DNA from: Thermodesulfobacteriota bacterium
GTDB taxonomy: Bacteria > Desulfobacterota > Desulfobulbia > Desulfobulbales > SURF-16
Length of the DNA stretch: 63,262 nt
Direction: 5' to 3'
Assembly (NCBI GenBank): GCA_034723545.1
Contig: JAYEPA010000262.1
Coordinates: 1-63,262 of the forward strand
The notes below the pieces were generated by a model, which worked only from the letters and a program-made list of their open reading frames with translations, was not told the origin of the DNA and searched no databases. This document shows, one piece after another, positions 46,326-57,450 of the stretch (positions within the stretch are counted from its first letter, which is position 1; the number at the start of each line of letters is the position of its first letter). A program made the translations under genes and the position numbers.

Positions 46326-49300
46326 TTATCTATCATTCCGCTCAAGCACACGCAAGATATTTTTCACGGCCGCAAAAACCTCGGGCGGAGATTTCATCTC
46401 TTCCCTGATGACCATTCTGCTGTCCGGCGTAAATTTGATCCGGTTTTTTGACTTGTTTACCAGACCGAGAATTGTTTCCGGCTTCACCGCAGTCTGGTGA
46501 TGGAAGGACAGAACAAGGGTATCTTTTCCCTGTTCAAGTTTTTTTATTTTAAGTTGTTTCATCTCGATTTTAATGAGGAGAATTGTCAGAAGATTTAATG
46601 TTTCAACGGGCAGAGAACCGTAGCGATCCCTGAGTTCATCCTCCATGTCATCGAGTTCTGCAGCCGAATTCAGGCTGGTTAGTTTCCGGTAGGTGATATA
46701 ACGCTGATCCGTATTCCGGATAAAGTTTTCCGGGATATAGGCAGAGATATTGAGATTGATTTCCGGTTCAACCTCTTCCTCGCCATTTTCGTCTCCGCTT
46801 TCAGCCCTTCTTTTCAGGTCTTCCACCGTACGCTGCAGAAGGTCAAGATAAAGATCATAGCCCACCGCCGCAATGTTGCCGCTTTGGGATGCCCCCAGGA
46901 TGTTACCGCCACCACGGATCTGCAGGTCGCTCATGGCAAGCTTAAAGCCGCCGCCCAGTTCGTTGTAATCCATCAGGGCCCGTAGTCGTTGCCTGGCATC
47001 CTTGGAAAGACCGTCCAGGGAGGGGACAAGAAGATAGGCATAGGCCTGTTCACTGCTTCTTCCCACCCGGCCCCGCAGTTGATAGATTGCCGCCAGGCCG
47101 AAGCGGTCGGCCCGGGTTATGACGATGGTGTTGGCGTTGGGGATGTCGAGTCCTGATTCAATAATGGTGGTGCAGACCAGAACGTCAATCTCCCGTTTGA
47201 CAAAACGAACCATGATCTCTTCAAGGTTTTTAGCCGGCATCTGGCCGTGGCCCACACTGATTCTGGCTTCGGGCACCAGTTCCTGCACCTTACGGGCCAT
47301 TTCATGGATGGATTGCACCCGGTTGTGGACAAGAAAAACCTGTCCGCCTCGCTGCAGTTCCCTGACGATGGCCTCTTTGATCACCAGATCATCGTGGCGG
47401 GCAACAAAGGTTTTGACCGTCCTGCGGTGGCGGGGCGGCGAGCTGATAACGGAAAGATCGCGGACTCCAAGCAAGGAAAGTTGCAGGGTGCGGGGAATCG
47501 GCGTGGCGGTCAGGGTGAGCACATCGACATTATGACGAAGTTTTTTTAATTTTTCTTTGTGAGTAACGCCGAAACGGTGTTCTTCGTCGATGATGAGAAG
47601 ACCGAGATTCTTGAAGCTGACATCCTTGGAGAGCAGCCGATGGGTGCCGATGACCAGATCCACCCGGCCTGCTGCCAGATCCCGAATGATTTTTTTCTGT
47701 TCCGCAGTTGAACGGAAACGGTTTAAGCTTTCAACCCGGACCGGAAAGCCGGAGAATCTTTCCCGGAAGGATTCCGCATGCTGTTCGGCCAGAACCGTGG
47801 TGGGCACAAGGATTGCGACCTGGTGGCTGTCGCTGATCACCTTAAATGCGGCACGGACGGCGACCTCTGTTTTTCCATACCCCACATCTCCACAGATCAA
47901 CCGGTCCATGGTTCGTTGTGAGGTGAGATCTTCGGTCACATCGTTGATGGCCTTCAGCTGGCCATGGGTCTCGTCAAAGGGAAATGATTCTTCCAGATCA
48001 TGGTACAGTTCATCCGGTCCGGAAAAAGATGTACCGGTTGCCAGCTGCCTGCGGGCATAAAGATCAAGGAGGTCCTGGGCCACTTTCCAGACTGCTTCTT
48101 TAACCTTTTTCTTGGCCTTGGGCCATGATTTGCCGCCCAGGGTGTCGATTTTCGGCTGGCGGTCGGATATGCCTTTATATTTACTGACAGCGCCAAGTCG
48201 GTCAACCGGCACATAGAGTTTGTCACCGCCCTTGTAGCTGATTTGGAGAAAATCATTGGTAATGCCATGGAGTTCCATGGTGATCATGCGGTCATAAGCA
48301 CCAAGGCCGTGGTCGTCATGAACGACAATATCTCCTTCATGCAGTTCCTCAAAGCAGACAGGCGTTTCCCGGGAATCTCCTTGCTGCTTTTTTTTAGGAC
48401 CAATACGTTTTTTGCCGAAGAGTTCATTTTCGGAAAGGAGATGAAGAGCTTCCTCCTCCAGGTCAAAACCGTAACTCAAGGGATTGGTATAAAAGACCGG
48501 TTCCCCGATCGTGGGTGGAGCGGCAAGAAACGGTTTTTCCTCAATTCTGCCATGGATCTGGTGGCGGGTCAGAAGATCGACGAGAAGACGGGCCCGGCGC
48601 AACGAACGGCAGCCGACGCCAACGGGTTCATGTTTTTCCTGCCAGGAGATGATGCGTTGTGCAAGTGGCGCCAGCGCCCCCTGGTTTTTTCGCTTGAGAT
48701 CCAGTTCCTGTTTGATCAGGGTGTGATTCCCGGTCTGGAGCTGAAAGGTGGTTTCGGGGTCATCTTCCATTGCGGCAAAATCAGACAGGTTAACCTGGGT
48801 CTGCCTGCTCAGGTTGTGGGTCAATTCCGATTCCGGCAGGAAAAGAGTCTCCGGAGGCAGAGCAGGCGTGTCTTTTGCTCGGGCCTCTTCATAGTTTGCC
48901 TTGATTCGTTCCCTGACGATACGTTGCGAGCGCGTTATCTCATCGGGATTGACAGAAAGAATGATCGTGTTTTTCGGCAGTGAAGCAAAGGGAGAAGAAA
49001 GTTCCTTGTAAAAGAGGGGCAGGAAGAATTCAATGCCCGGAAAGCGGCGGCCTGTTTTAATCTTTTCAAGAATGCGCCGGGTCTCATCGTGCCGCCAGCT
49101 CCATTTTTCCTCCATTTTTTTAAAAGTAGCGCCGAGTTTATCCAGGTCGGCGTTGTCGGAAGGAAAAAGAATTTCGCTCACCGGCAGAAAAACAGCCTCT
49201 TCCAGTTCCCCTCTTGAACGTTGAGTTATCGGATCAAAATATCTGATGGATTCCACTGTGTCGCCGAAAAAGTCCAGACGAACGGGCAGTTCTAAAGGGT

Positions 49301-49853
49301 CTTTTGAACCGGCATGATCAAATGGTGGGGGAAAAATATCAATGATGCCTCCCCTTACCGTGAATTCGCCGGGGGACTGGACCAGGGAGACAGACTCATA
49401 GCCTGCGGTCGTCAGGTTGTTGATCAGCTCATCCCGATCGCATTCTTCGTTGACGATGACAAGTTCCGCTAAATTTGCGAGCTGATCAAGGGGCAGGGTG
49501 CGGCGCAGCATGGCTTCGGCCGAGGCCACCATGATGAATTGGCCACGACCGGTCAGAATACGGTAAAGCGCCCCCAGTCTGGTGGTGATTGTAGCACTGT
49601 CGGGTGACAGGGGTGTGTAGGGCGGTATTTCGTAACCGGGATAGCCGATGATTGGCAGGTCAATGAAAAAGCTCAGATCCTGTTCGAGGACTGCAACCTG
49701 GGCTTCGCTGGGAACAATGCAGAGCAGCGGTTGTTTGAGCGAGGAGGCAATGCGGGCGGCAAGATATGCGGCAGAGCCGCCGCGCAGGCCGGTAATATTG
49801 ATTTGTCCGGCCCTTTTTTTCAGGGCACGAAGAACTTCAAGCATGATGAGCAA
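46326..49853 (-). CDS. mfd: transcription-repair coupling factor Mfd (start TTG 49853 or ATG 49844)
   Basis: 1175 aa with DEAD-like helicase motifs (GDVGYGKTEVA, DEEHRFG) and a TRG motif region. Confidence 0.95.
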   Translation of the reverse strand: MLIMLEVLRALKKRAGQINITGLRGGSAAYLAARIASSLKQPLLCIVPSEAQVAVLEQDLSFFIDLPIIGYPGYEIPPYTPLSPDSATITTRLGALYRILTGRGQFIMVASAEAMLRRTLPLDQLANLAELVIVNEECDRDELINNLTTAGYESVSLVQSPGEFTVRGGIIDIFPPPFDHAGSKDPLELPVRLDFFGDTVESIRYFDPITQRSRGELEEAVFLPVSEILFPSDNADLDKLGATFKKMEEKWSWRHDETRRILEKIKTGRRFPGIEFFLPLFYKELSSPFASLPKNTIILSVNPDEITRSQRIVRERIKANYEEARAKDTPALPPETLFLPESELTHNLSRQTQVNLSDFAAMEDDPETTFQLQTGNHTLIKQELDLKRKNQGALAPLAQRIISWQEKHEPVGVGCRSLRRARLLVDLLTRHQIHGRIEEKPFLAAPPTIGEPVFYTNPLSYGFDLEEEALHLLSENELFGKKRIGPKKKQQGDSRETPVCFEELHEGDIVVHDDHGLGAYDRMITMELHGITNDFLQISYKGGDKLYVPVDRLGAVSKYKGISDRQPKIDTLGGKSWPKAKKKVKEAVWKVAQDLLDLYARRQLATGTSFSGPDELYHDLEESFPFDETHGQLKAINDVTEDLTSQRTMDRLICGDVGYGKTEVAVRAAFKVISDSHQVAILVPTTVLAEQHAESFRERFSGFPVRVESLNRFRSTAEQKKIIRDLAAGRVDLVIGTHRLLSKDVSFKNLGLLIIDEEHRFGVTHKEKLKKLRHNVDVLTLTATPIPRTLQLSLLGVRDLSVISSPPRHRRTVKTFVARHDDLVIKEAIVRELQRGGQVFLVHNRVQSIHEMARKVQELVPEARISVGHGQMPAKNLEEIMVRFVKREIDVLVCTTIIESGLDIPNANTIVITRADRFGLAAIYQLRGRVGRSSEQAYAYLLVPSLDGLSKDARQRLRALMDYNELGGGFKLAMSDLQIRGGGNILGASQSGNIAAVGYDLYLDLLQRTVEDLKRRAESGDENGEEEVEPEINLNISAYIPENFIRNTDQRYITYRKLTSLNSAAELDDMEDELRDRYGSLPVETLNLLTILLIKIEMKQLKIKKLEQGKDTLVLSFHHQTAVKPETILGLVNKSKNRIKFTPDSRMVIREEMKSPPEVFAAVKNILRVLERNDR

Positions 49854-49904
49854 GGGGCAAGGGAGTAAAGGAATGTAAAGAAGACAGACTACTCATTTTT
49901 ATCC

Positions 49905-52649
49905 CTAAAACTGTCCGCCGATACTGAAATCCCACAAACTTTGATCTTCGTCATCTTCCGGATCAAGATTGTAGCCCCATTCAAGGCGCAGCGGGCCCAT
50001 GGGGGAAAGCCAGCGGAAGCCAAAGCCCACACTCTGACGGATATTGGAGTCGTCTTCAACAGACTCTCCGGGGCCAAGGGCAATATCTCCGGCCTCGAAA
50101 ACATCGCCCATATCATAGAAGACAACCCCTTTCAGGCCTGCTTCTTTGAATAGCGGAAAAATATACTCCAGGTTGGAGTACCACATATGTGTCCCGCCGA
50201 TTCTTTCAGAGTAGCCGTCCCAGCGGATGACTTCAGGGCTGATGTCCCCTGCTTCAAAACCACGCATGTTGGAGAGGCCGCCCAGGTAGAATTTTTCATA
50301 AACCGGCAGTTTACCACTCGAGTTTTCTTCTACATAGCCTGCCGCGAGTTTAGCGTGGAAGGTGGTGTCCCAACGGAATGGAAAATACCAGCTTGTCGAG
50401 CCTTCGATCTTGGTGAAGGCACTGTCACCCCCCATGACGCCGCCGGCGTATTTGACCGAGACCGCATTGACTGAGCCTCTTGAGGTGTCATAGATGCGAT
50501 CCCTGGTGTCACGGGACAGGCCAAGGCTGATAAAACTTGTGACATGAATGTCTTTTGATTCCTGGATAGTCCGAGATGCCCAGGGACTGACATCGGTCAA
50601 ATTGGAATCATCATAGCCGTAACTGCCGAAAATTCTACATCTTGTCCAGATGGGATGGGAAAGGCGAATGGTAAAGCCTTTGGCATCCTTGGTGTAATCG
50701 TCATATTCACTTTCCCAGCTGTAAAGATCAACACCAAAGGACAGGTTGGTGTCATTGAGATGCGGTTCCGTGAATCCTAAGTTAAAGCGGGTGTTGGAGC
50801 TGCTCAGGTTGGCCTGCAGAGAAAGGCGCTGGCCCCGGCCGAGAAAGTTGTCCTGACTGATCTCTCCCATGAGCATCACATTGTCCACCGAGCTGTATCC
50901 GGCCCCGATGCTGAAGGAGCCCGTGGGCTTTTCCTTGAGCTCAACAACAATATCCATCAGGCTTTCGTCCTCGGTGGGTTCCGGGGTGATGTTAACATCT
51001 TCAAAAAACTCAAGACGCCTGACCCTGCTGTTGCTGGCTTTTAAAGCATTGGCATTGAAAATATCCGTTTCCTGCAGAACGATTTCTCGGCGGATAACCT
51101 TGTCGCGCGTCCTGGTGTTGCCCTTAATCATAATTCTGTTGACATAGACAAGCGAGCCTTTAGCAGCCGAAAGCGTGATGTCAACACGTTTAAATTTGTC
51201 GTTTTTTGAGATTGCAGGCTCGGCCTCGGCATAGGCATAGCCTTTGGATGCGTAATAATCAGTCAATCTCAGAATGTCTTCACGGAGTAGTTTGCGGCTG
51301 AAATATTTTTCCTCGCCGATCCGGCATATTTTGAGAAGATGATCTTCACTTTCAATCAGATCGCCAACAATATTGATGGTTCCTGTTTTATAACGCTGGC
51401 CTTCCTCAACATTGAAGGTCACATAAAGCCACTCGCCGCTTTTTTCAACCTCGGGCTTACCGACTTTAACATCGATAAAACCTTTGTTTTGGTAAAAAGA
51501 GCCGATTCTGGAAGCATCCTGGTTGAGCATATCCCTTTTTAAAACACCTGACTCGGTAAACCAGGACAACATCCCCTTGGTGGATGTTGCAAGAATTTCT
51601 TCGATTTCCTTGTCTGAGAAAGCGGTGTTGCCCTGGATCATGATTTGTTTGACATACGCCTTTTCCCCTTCCTGGATATCAATGCTGATATTGACCCGTC
51701 CCTCAGAAGGATAGCTCAGTTTTATGTTGACGACGGTGTCAAAATATCCTTTTTCCTTGTACAGTTTTTTGATGTTGTCCGAGGCTTCACTGACTTTAAG
51801 GGGATTGATAATCGCGTTAGGAAAGATAGCGATCACTTCCTTGATTTCATTTTCTTTGATTTTCTTTTCACCAGTGATGGTCACGGTACCGATCACCTCT
51901 TTTTCCGATACCGTGAAGATGACGCGTTTGCCCCTGTCGGTGTCCTCCGCCTCAATGCGGACATCATCAAAATAGCCCATTTTGAAGACTTCTTTCAGGT
52001 CAGCACGAAGCTGCACCGGATTGTAGATGTCTCCGGGACGATTATTGATGTGGTGAAGGATAGCGCCGGAATCAATTCTCCGGTTGCCCCTGATGTCGAT
52101 TTCACCAATCAAAAATTGTCGGTTTGCAAATTTCATGGTATCACGGATTAAAAATTGTAAGCCGTTTTGCAGATCTGCCAGGGATTTTACCTGGGCAAAA
52201 AGGTATTGCGGTGATGAGGGCGCCAGCAGATCATAAACCACCAGATCAATACTGATTGTTTCGCCAAAGCTGTTCACAGTACCGGTCGCCACGTAGTCAA
52301 GTTCTGATGGCAGACCGGCGTTTTGTATTTCATTAAAACCCGGAGGCCAGCTCTCTTGAGAGTTGAATTGTGCCGCAGCTTTTTCCCTGTCCAGTAAACG
52401 TATTCCTTTAGTAGCCAGGACCTCCCGCAGGTTTTGATCCACGGTGTCGGTCAGGTCGGCAGTTGATCCGGGAGCGTTGATCTGCAAGGGAAGAAACAGG
52501 ATCTGTGAGGTTTCCAGGGTATTGTTATCCTGTGCCTGTGCAAACATGTTAAGGAGAGGGAAAAAAAGAAATATAATAAGGAGAACAAGAAAGGATGATG
52601 GAAATTTTTTTCTTTTTTGTTGTATGTGGAATTTGTTAGCGGCGGACAT
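49905..52649 (-). CDS. bamA: outer membrane protein assembly factor BamA
   Basis: 914 aa with repeated POTRA segments and a C-terminal beta-barrel ending in ...GGQF. Confidence 0.95.
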   Translation of the reverse strand: MSAANKFHIQQKRKKFPSSFLVLLIIFLFFPLLNMFAQAQDNNTLETSQILFLPLQINAPGSTADLTDTVDQNLREVLATKGIRLLDREKAAAQFNSQESWPPGFNEIQNAGLPSELDYVATGTVNSFGETISIDLVVYDLLAPSSPQYLFAQVKSLADLQNGLQFLIRDTMKFANRQFLIGEIDIRGNRRIDSGAILHHINNRPGDIYNPVQLRADLKEVFKMGYFDDVRIEAEDTDRGKRVIFTVSEKEVIGTVTITGEKKIKENEIKEVIAIFPNAIINPLKVSEASDNIKKLYKEKGYFDTVVNIKLSYPSEGRVNISIDIQEGEKAYVKQIMIQGNTAFSDKEIEEILATSTKGMLSWFTESGVLKRDMLNQDASRIGSFYQNKGFIDVKVGKPEVEKSGEWLYVTFNVEEGQRYKTGTINIVGDLIESEDHLLKICRIGEEKYFSRKLLREDILRLTDYYASKGYAYAEAEPAISKNDKFKRVDITLSAAKGSLVYVNRIMIKGNTRTRDKVIRREIVLQETDIFNANALKASNSRVRRLEFFEDVNITPEPTEDESLMDIVVELKEKPTGSFSIGAGYSSVDNVMLMGEISQDNFLGRGQRLSLQANLSSSNTRFNLGFTEPHLNDTNLSFGVDLYSWESEYDDYTKDAKGFTIRLSHPIWTRCRIFGSYGYDDSNLTDVSPWASRTIQESKDIHVTSFISLGLSRDTRDRIYDTSRGSVNAVSVKYAGGVMGGDSAFTKIEGSTSWYFPFRWDTTFHAKLAAGYVEENSSGKLPVYEKFYLGGLSNMRGFEAGDISPEVIRWDGYSERIGGTHMWYSNLEYIFPLFKEAGLKGVVFYDMGDVFEAGDIALGPGESVEDDSNIRQSVGFGFRWLSPMGPLRLEWGYNLDPEDDEDQSLWDFSIGGQF

Positions 52650-52783
52650 GGCGTGTTGTTTTTTATATTTTTCTCATAATTTCAATGGATTATGGTGACG
52701 TCTCCCGTCATTCCCGTCATAGGTAAACTTATTTAAGATAGACAAAAAAAGAATAAAAGTCATGGGAAACTTTTGTTGTTTTG

Positions 52784-53491
52784 CTATTCCTGGCTAAGGT
52801 GGCCGTCAGCCAGAGTGAGACAGCTGTCCATCCGGCCGGCAAGTTCGTGGTTATGCGTCACCATGATGATAGAGAGGTTGAAGTCCTCGTTCATGGCCTG
52901 AATCAGTTCAAAGACCTTGTTTCCTGTTTTTGGATCCAGATTGCCCGTAGGTTCATCGGCCAGGAGCAGGGCCGGTTTCATGATAACAGCCCGGGCCAGG
53001 GCCACCCGCTGCTGTTCCCCTCCTGAGAGCTCACCTACCTTATGTGTAATTCGTTCGGCCAGCCCGACTTTATTCAGCAGTTCATGTCCCCTTTCAGTCA
53101 GTTCCTCTTTGTTTCGGCCGGCGATAAGGCCCGGCATGATTGTATTTTCAAAGGCTGTAAATTCCGGCAGCAGATGGTGAAACTGAAAAACAAAGCCGAT
53201 CGTCTGATTACGAAAACGGCAAAGTCCCCGGTCGTCGCGTAGCAGCACATTCTCGCCCTGGTAATATATTTCACCCTGATCCGGAGGGTCCAGGGTGCCG
53301 AGAACATGGAGCAGGGTTGTTTTGCCCGTGCCCGAGGTTCCGACAATGGCCACCATCTTCCCCGGTTTTATCTCCAGATCAATCCCTTTCAGCACCTCAA
53401 GCCTGCTGGAACCGTCAAAAAAGTTTTTGACAATGCCTCTGGCATGAAAGCCTTGCCCGACTGCGGCAGTTAATGTCTGGTCATCTTGCAT
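52784..53491 (-). CDS. lolD: lipoprotein-releasing ABC transporter ATP-binding protein LolD
   Basis: Walker [10 protein letters not shown], signature [14 protein letters not shown] and Walker [13 protein letters not shown]. Confidence 0.9.
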   Translation of the reverse strand: MQDDQTLTAAVGQGFHARGIVKNFFDGSSRLEVLKGIDLEIKPGKMVAIVGTSGTGKTTLLHVLGTLDPPDQGEIYYQGENVLLRDDRGLCRFRNQTIGFVFQFHHLLPEFTAFENTIMPGLIAGRNKEELTERGHELLNKVGLAERITHKVGELSGGEQQRVALARAVIMKPALLLADEPTGNLDPKTGNKVFELIQAMNEDFNLSIIMVTHNHELAGRMDSCLTLADGHLSQE

Positions 53492-53540
53492 TTTTTTAAT
53501 AATAAATTGACAACTGAGAATATAAAATTTTAATTTTTTT

Positions 53541-53590
53541 GACCCTTTGACCCTTTGACCCTTTGACCCTTTGACCCTTTGACCCTTTGA
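53541..53590. repeat. 6 perfect copies of octamer GACCCTTT
   Basis: A perfect tandem array that starts 1 nt after the lolC/E stop codon and lies upstream of lolD. Confidence 0.85.
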
Positions 53591-53591
53591 T

Positions 53592-54824
53592 CTAATACCG
53601 CAAGGCCTCAGCCGGCTGTGTCCGGGCTGCCTGCCAAGACGGATACAGGGTGGCGAGAAAGGTGATCATAACGGCGGACACGGCGACAAATGTAACATCC
53701 AGGGGTAGGATTTTTATCGGCAGGGTGGACATGGGGTACACATCGCTGGGTAGTTTAATGAACTGATATCGGCTGAGGAGCTTGCAGAGCGTAAGCCCTC
53801 CTCCCACGCCCAGGACTGTGCCGCTTATGCCGATAACGAGTCCTTCGTAAATAAAGATACGCATGATTGAAGCCGATGTGGCGCCCATGGATTTCAATAT
53901 AGCGATGTCCTTTGCCTTTTCCATCACCACCATGATCAGGGTACTGATAATATTGAAGGCGGCCACCAGAACGATGAGAGCCATGGCGATGAACATGCCG
54001 ATTTTTTCCAGTTTAAGGGCGGAGAACAGGTTCTGGTTCATCATCATCCAGTCCTTGATAATGTAGCCTGGTCCCAGTGTTTTACCCAGGGATTCACCGA
54101 TGGTCGCCGCCTCATAGATATCATTGATTTTTACTTCAAGGCCATGCACCTCTTCAGCGATACCGAGAAAATTTCGCGCTGTATCAAGGGAAATATAGGC
54201 CAGGGATGAGTCATATTCGTACATCCCTGTATCAAATATACCAGCCACCCTGCAGGTCAGAATTCTGGGGATGACACCCATTGGTGTAAGAGGGCCGGAT
54301 GAGGAGAGCAGCCGGATTTTATCATGGAGAGTGACCCTGAGCTGGTTGGCCAGATGTTTGCCGATGATGATTCCGGGTCGCTGGTATTTTATCTCCGGAT
54401 TCGGCTTAAGGTCGGCCAGGCTGCCACTCTTCAGATGATCCGGCAGACTGAGAACCGAGGCGGCGGAATCAGGATCGATGCCGCGGACAACAACGCCCGT
54501 GTTTGCCGAGCCACTGGTGATCATGGTCTGGATATACAGATATGGCGTGACGGCGATAACTCCCTGCTGTTTCTGGATAGGGGGGATGAGATGCTGGTAA
54601 TGACTTATGGAGCCGGAAATTCTCTGGACGATAATATGGGAGTTGACTCCCAGGATTTTGTTGCGCAGTTCAGTGGTGAACCCTGTCATGACAGCCAGGA
54701 CCACGATCAGGGCCATGACACCAACGGCAACACCGGCAACGGAGATCAACGTGATCAGCGAAATAAAGCCCTGTTTGCGCCTGGCCTTGAGGTAGCGGGA
54801 GCAGATAAATGACTCAAAACCCAT
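53592..54824 (-). CDS. lipoprotein-releasing system permease LolC/LolE (FtsX-like)
   Basis: 410 aa with a MacB/FtsX-type 4-TM layout. N-terminus FICSRYLKARRKQGFIS is typical of LolC/E. Confidence 0.9.
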   Translation of the reverse strand: MGFESFICSRYLKARRKQGFISLITLISVAGVAVGVMALIVVLAVMTGFTTELRNKILGVNSHIIVQRISGSISHYQHLIPPIQKQQGVIAVTPYLYIQTMITSGSANTGVVVRGIDPDSAASVLSLPDHLKSGSLADLKPNPEIKYQRPGIIIGKHLANQLRVTLHDKIRLLSSSGPLTPMGVIPRILTCRVAGIFDTGMYEYDSSLAYISLDTARNFLGIAEEVHGLEVKINDIYEAATIGESLGKTLGPGYIIKDWMMMNQNLFSALKLEKIGMFIAMALIVLVAAFNIISTLIMVVMEKAKDIAILKSMGATSASIMRIFIYEGLVIGISGTVLGVGGGLTLCKLLSRYQFIKLPSDVYPMSTLPIKILPLDVTFVAVSAVMITFLATLYPSWQAARTQPAEALRY

Positions 54825-54869
54825 GATAAACTCCCGTTCTGCTGGTTGAAAAACAAAAAAACACGGAGG

Positions 54870-56348
54870 TTATTTTGCTTCCGGCCGCAGATGAGGGAAG
54901 AAAATGACATCGCGGATGGAAGGGGCGTCGGTGAGCAGCATGACCAGGCGGTCAATGCCGATTCCTTCTCCGGCAGCCGAAGGCATGCCATACTCAAGAG
55001 CGCGGAGAAAATCTTCATCCAGGACAGGAAAGATTTCCTCATCCTCGCCCCGTTCGGCAATCTGTTTTTCCAGCCTCTTGCGCTGATCCACCGGATCGTT
55101 TAGTTCACTGAATGCGTTGGCAATCTCCCGGCCGGTGATAAAGAGTTCAAAGCGGTCCGTCACCTCGGGATTATCGTCATTACGGCGGGCAAGGGGAGAG
55201 ATTTCAGTGGGGTAGGCCGTAATAAACGTGGGATCAATGAGTTTTTCCTCCACCAGCAGTTCGAAAAGTTCACTCTTCGCCTTGCCCGGTCCGGCCAGAG
55301 GCTCGAGCTCAATGTCTTTGTCCCTGGCCAGTTGCATGACCTTGTCGGGATCGTTGAGGGTATCCTGGTCAAGGCCGCCCACTTCCACCAGGGCCTCATC
55401 CATGGTGTACCGTTTCCATGGCGGAGAGAGATCTACTTCCTGTTCCTGGTAAGTGACGAGCATGGAACCGGTCACTTCGGCGGCAATCCAGGAGACCATT
55501 TCTTCGGTCAGGTCCATGAGATCTTTATAGGTGGCAAAGGCCTGGTAAAACTCAAGCATGGTGAACTCGGGATTATGGCGGGTGGAAAGCCCTTCATTCC
55601 TGAAGTTCCGGTTCACCTCAAAGACTTTTTCAAAGCCGCCCACCAGCAGACGTTTGAGATAGAGTTCCGGGGCAATGCGCAGGTACAGGGTCATGTCCAG
55701 GGCATTATGGTGGGTCTGGAAAGGCTTGGCCGTGGCGCCGCCGGCAATGTGGTGCATCATCGGTGTTTCCACTTCCATGTAACCGCGGTTGGTCAGAAAA
55801 TGTCGAACAAGGCGGATAATTTCCACCCGTTTTCTAAAGGTCTCCCTGACCTCGGGATTGACGATCAGGTCAACATAACGTTGCCGATATCTGATTTCAA
55901 CATCCGTGAGACCGTGAAATTTTTCCGGCAGGGGCCTGAGGGACTTGGTGATGTGTTTGAAAGACGCGGCCTGGATGGTCACCTCACCTGTCTTGGTGCG
56001 GAACAGGGAGCCGGTAAAGCCGGCAATGTCACCGATATCGAGTTTTTTGAAAATTTGATAGTTTTCCACACCCACCGTATCCCGCTTGACATAGATCTGC
56101 ATGCGTCCAGTCTCATCCTGGAGATGGAGAAAGGCCGCCTTGCCGAATTTTCTCAGAGCGACGATCCGGCCGGCAATGGACATGGTACCGCCTTCAAGGG
56201 AAGAATCCGGGTTGTCCGGGTTTTCGGGCAGGATGTCCTTAATGTGGTGGGTTGGCTTGAAATCATTGGCATAGAGGGGAACGCCAAGATCCGCAAGTGC
56301 GTCCGCTTTTTGTCGCCGCTGTCGTAATATTTGGTTTTTTTCACTCAT
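54870..56348 (-). CDS. lysS: lysine--tRNA ligase (class II)
   Basis: OB anticodon-binding domain and class II motifs (FRNEG; GIGIDRLVMLL). Confidence 0.95.
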   Translation of the reverse strand: MSEKNQILRQRRQKADALADLGVPLYANDFKPTHHIKDILPENPDNPDSSLEGGTMSIAGRIVALRKFGKAAFLHLQDETGRMQIYVKRDTVGVENYQIFKKLDIGDIAGFTGSLFRTKTGEVTIQAASFKHITKSLRPLPEKFHGLTDVEIRYRQRYVDLIVNPEVRETFRKRVEIIRLVRHFLTNRGYMEVETPMMHHIAGGATAKPFQTHHNALDMTLYLRIAPELYLKRLLVGGFEKVFEVNRNFRNEGLSTRHNPEFTMLEFYQAFATYKDLMDLTEEMVSWIAAEVTGSMLVTYQEQEVDLSPPWKRYTMDEALVEVGGLDQDTLNDPDKVMQLARDKDIELEPLAGPGKAKSELFELLVEEKLIDPTFITAYPTEISPLARRNDDNPEVTDRFELFITGREIANAFSELNDPVDQRKRLEKQIAERGEDEEIFPVLDEDFLRALEYGMPSAAGEGIGIDRLVMLLTDAPSIRDVIFFPHLRPEAK

Positions 56349-56349
56349 T

Positions 56350-57450
56350 TTATTTTAAATATTTTTTTCGCAGAATTTTTGAAACTTCCCGGGTCAGCAT
56401 CAGAACCCGTCTTGCCATTTCCGGAGATAGTGAGCCGGTACCACAGCTTGGCGTGATCAGACTTTGTTTTAAAATCGTGCCGATATCCCATCTGGAATTA
56501 CTCAGCATCCCGGCCTGTTTTTCCCAGAGTGCTACCAGGCTTTCCGGACTTTCATTTTTGATGTGCTCTGCTTCCGAAGTGGGAACAATACCCCAGGCAA
56601 TGATGGCGCCTCGGTCAAGGAAATTATGAAGTTCGTCCTTGCAGGTAATGATTCGGTCAAAATAGCCGTAAGCGTCAAAGTTAATGATGTCAAAGTCAAG
56701 AGAAAGGAGCAGAGGCCAGTCCGTGTTGGCGCAGACGTGGATTCCGGCCAGTCCTCCGGCCTGATGAATCGCCTCGATCATTTCCGTCTGATCCTGGCCG
56801 ATATCATCCCTTGAGACCGTAACAAAAGAAGAAGAACCCAGCCCTGCCAAAGCCGGTTCGTCGATAAAGAGAATCACCGGCAGGCCCTGTTTTCTAAGAA
56901 AGGAAACCTGCCAGGCCGCTTTCATGGCAAGTCCTTTGACCACCATTTCCCGGATTGTCGGATCGTAATATCCGGCTCGGTCGTCCTGGTCGTGAAGGCC
57001 GGTGAGAAGAGTAAATGGGCCGGTGATCTGCCCTTTGACCGCCACTGTTTCCGGGCGGCTCTCCATTGTTTTTTTGAGAAGATAAAGGCCGGCGGCTCTC
57101 TCTCGGCTGACCGCGAACCGGGAAGACAGGAGTTGATCCGGATCTTCATTTACGGCCAGGTATTCTTCAAAAAAAGCAAGAATATCCTCGCTGAACCGGT
57201 CGTCAGATGTATTAAAAAAGGTTCGGTCTTCCTCTTCAATGATGCCGGGAAAACCTTCGATAAACTGTTGCAGCATTCCCTCGGCCCGGATACACGGCAA
57301 TTGAGGCCAGAGCGGGATATCCGGCGTATATTCCGTGATCCATTCCATAGCTTTTGCGTGATCGGTTAAAGGGATAGAGCCGATCAGGGTGGCCATGCCG
57401 TTGGGGCTGAATGTTTTCCGGGCCGGTTCGTTGTGATTTGGGTCGGTCAT
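56350..57450 (-). CDS. MetE-like (cobalamin-independent methionine synthase / UROD-like superfamily) protein
   Basis: IHVCANT (HxC) and ITPSCGTG Cys motifs resemble the MetE C-terminal zinc ligands. Family call is tentative. Confidence 0.6.
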   Translation of the reverse strand: MTDPNHNEPARKTFSPNGMATLIGSIPLTDHAKAMEWITEYTPDIPLWPQLPCIRAEGMLQQFIEGFPGIIEEEDRTFFNTSDDRFSEDILAFFEEYLAVNEDPDQLLSSRFAVSRERAAGLYLLKKTMESRPETVAVKGQITGPFTLLTGLHDQDDRAGYYDPTIREMVVKGLAMKAAWQVSFLRKQGLPVILFIDEPALAGLGSSSFVTVSRDDIGQDQTEMIEAIHQAGGLAGIHVCANTDWPLLLSLDFDIINFDAYGYFDRIITCKDELHNFLDRGAIIAWGIVPTSEAEHIKNESPESLVALWEKQAGMLSNSRWDIGTILKQSLITPSCGTGSLSPEMARRVLMLTREVSKILRKKYLK

